Under the pieces are notes generated by a model. That model had not been told where the DNA came from. It saw only the letters and a list, made by a program, of their open reading frames with translations, and made no database searches. From Escherichia coli (lineage in GTDB: Bacteria > Pseudomonadota > Gammaproteobacteria > Enterobacterales > Enterobacteriaceae), in NCBI RefSeq assembly GCF_001677475.2, contig NZ_CP015229.1: a stretch of DNA of 64,000 bases; one strand, 5' to 3'. Position 1 is the first letter of the stretch. The number at the start of each line of letters is the position of its first letter. Of the stretch, positions 62,618-64,000 are shown piece by piece. The translations under genes were made by a program, and so were the position numbers.

Positions 62618-62824
62618 GTAGATGCTCATTCCATCTCTTATGTTCGCCTTAGTGCCTCATAAACTCCGGAATGACGCAGAGCCGTTTACGGTGCTTATCG
62701 TCCACTGACAGATGTCGCTTATGCCTCATCAGACACCATGGACACAACGTTGAGTGAAGCACCCACTTGTTGTCATACAGACCTGTTTTAACGCCTGCTC
62801 CGTAATAAGAGCAGGCGTTTTTTT
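62618..62824 (+). ncRNA. glmZ: Small RNA GlmZ (RyiA/SraJ), post-transcriptional activator of glmS
   Basis: GTAGATGCTCATTCCATCTCTTATGTTCGCCTTAGTGCC ... ACGCCTGCTCCGTAATAAGAGCAGGCGTTTTTTT matches GlmZ as recalled, with terminal intrinsic terminator; -10-like CATAAT just upstream. Confidence 0.85.
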
Positions 62825-62871
62825 ATGTATCAGAAAGGTCCCGGAGGTGCTTGCCTCCGGGTGAGAAAGAA

Positions 62872-64000
62872 CTACTGTGGCGGGTTGTTCTGCAACGTTA
62901 ACATCAAACCGTCGCGGCGCATCGCTGCAGCTTCTTCTGGTTTGTGCAGTCTGTCCAGCGCGTCGGCAAGCCATGCGTAATCGTAGGCGTCCGGACGTTG
63001 TTTCAGCGCTGCGCGGAAGGCGAGCGATGCTTCCTGCCATTCTCCGTGCTTCATCAGCGACTGACCCAGTGTGCTCCACAACAGCGGGCGATCGCCGACG
63101 TTTTTGATCTGTTGGCGCAGCACTTTTTCCAGCTGTTCCGGGTTATTGGTTTTCAGACGCGGGATCGGCAGCAGTAGGCGATCGTCATACTGGCGTTTCA
63201 GGCCGTCGATGATAATTTGCTGGGCAGTATCATGATCGTCACATTCAATAAGATGTTCCGCCATTGCCACCTGCAACGCTACCTGATGACGCGTTTTCCG
63301 GCTTTGGTTTTTCCACCAGTTACGCAAACCTTCGCTACCGTTATCGGCACGAGCCTGATCCATCAGGCCAATCCATGCCTGTTGTTCCAGCATTGCACGA
63401 TGTTCTTCATCACCAACATGGGCTTTCGCCATTGATGGGATGATATCCAGCAGCGAACTCCATGCCCCTGTGCGGATATACGCCTGTTCCGCCAGACGTA
63501 ATACTTCCGGATGGCGTGGCGTAACTTCCAGCAGCTTATCCACGCCGTGGCGTGCAGCGTGGTTTTCATTACGGGCCAGTTGCAGACGTACACGGGTGAT
63601 TTCTACCGGAATGGTGTCATTACCGGCCAGCTCCGCTGCGCGTTCCAGATGTTGGTTGGCGCGTGCTTCATCACCACGTTGTTGCGCGGCTTCGGCAGCC
63701 AGTAGATAGTTCACCACCGGTTGTTCAGCGTGATCGGCATTTTTCGCCATCAGCTTTTCAACTTGCTGATAATCGCCTTCCGCCAGTTTCAGCAGCGCCT
63801 GTTCGGTCTGCTTACGGGCACGGCGACGCTTACGTCCGACAAACCACCCACGGGTGTGCGCGCCAGTGCGGAAGATCCGCCGCAGTAGCCACTCAATGGC
63901 AAACAGCACTACCATCGCCAGAATCAAAATAATCGCCAGGCCCGTGACGCTGGTTTCGATATTGTAGTTGTCGGTCTGGATCAGCACATAACCCTGATGA
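62872..64000 (-). CDS. hemY: HemY protein (TPR-containing inner membrane protein), 3' portion; N-terminus lies beyond window end
   Basis: ORF runs to the window edge on the minus strand; sequence ...GHQGYVLIQTDNYNIETSVTGLAIILILAMVVLF... to C-terminal LTLQNNPPQ; about 27 N-terminal codons missing. Confidence 0.9.
   Translation of the reverse strand, partial: HQGYVLIQTDNYNIETSVTGLAIILILAMVVLFAIEWLLRRIFRTGAHTRGWFVGRKRRRARKQTEQALLKLAEGDYQQVEKLMAKNADHAEQPVVNYLLAAEAAQQRGDEARANQHLERAAELAGNDTIPVEITRVRLQLARNENHAARHGVDKLLEVTPRHPEVLRLAEQAYIRTGAWSSLLDIIPSMAKAHVGDEEHRAMLEQQAWIGLMDQARADNGSEGLRNWWKNQSRKTRHQVALQVAMAEHLIECDDHDTAQQIIIDGLKRQYDDRLLLPIPRLKTNNPEQLEKVLRQQIKNVGDRPLLWSTLGQSLMKHGEWQEASLAFRAALKQRPDAYDYAWLADALDRLHKPEEAAAMRRDGLMLTLQNNPPQ

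Noticed and set aside
62790-62824. The glmZ terminator hairpin considered as the hemY terminator
   Set aside because: The T-run follows the hairpin only on the plus strand; on the minus strand it is followed by AAAAC. It therefore terminates glmZ, and hemY more likely uses the CCGGAGG...CCTCCGG hairpin at 62841-62860.

Overview
This window is a fully syntenic stretch of Escherichia coli-type core chromosome running rightward from the replication origin; I find no mobile element, CRISPR array, integrase or foreign island, and no convincing previously undescribed system. Gene order is rsmG'(partial)-mnmG-oriC-mioC-asnC-asnA-viaA-ravA-kup-rbsDACBKR-hsrA-yieP-rrnC (16S, tRNA-Glu, 23S, 5S, tRNA-Asp, tRNA-Trp)-hdfR-maoS-yifE(maoP)-yifB(comM)-ilvLXGMEDA-ilvY-ilvC-ppiC-yifN-rep-gppA-rhlB-trxA-rhoL-rho-wecA-wzzE-wecBC-rffGH-wecDE-wzxE-wecF-wzyE-wecG-yifK-argX-hisR-leuT-proM-aslB-REP-aslA-glmZ-hemY'(partial). 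All assignments rest on reading the supplied ORF translations and the nucleotide sequence against remembered E. coli proteins and RNAs; no database search was run. The ORF track treats GTG/TTG as Met and reports the longest ORF, so several starts were moved to the internal canonical start. The items most worth a second look are: (1) an intact, AT-rich PemK/MazF-like toxin ORF (yifN locus) with no recognisable antitoxin partner; (2) an rbsB about 10 codons shorter than the K-12 protein as I remember it; (3) an intact ilvG, unlike the frameshifted K-12 MG1655 allele; (4) the still poorly understood ravA-viaA and yifB/comM genes. Hand-counted coordinates for RNA genes and sites may be off by 1-2 nt.
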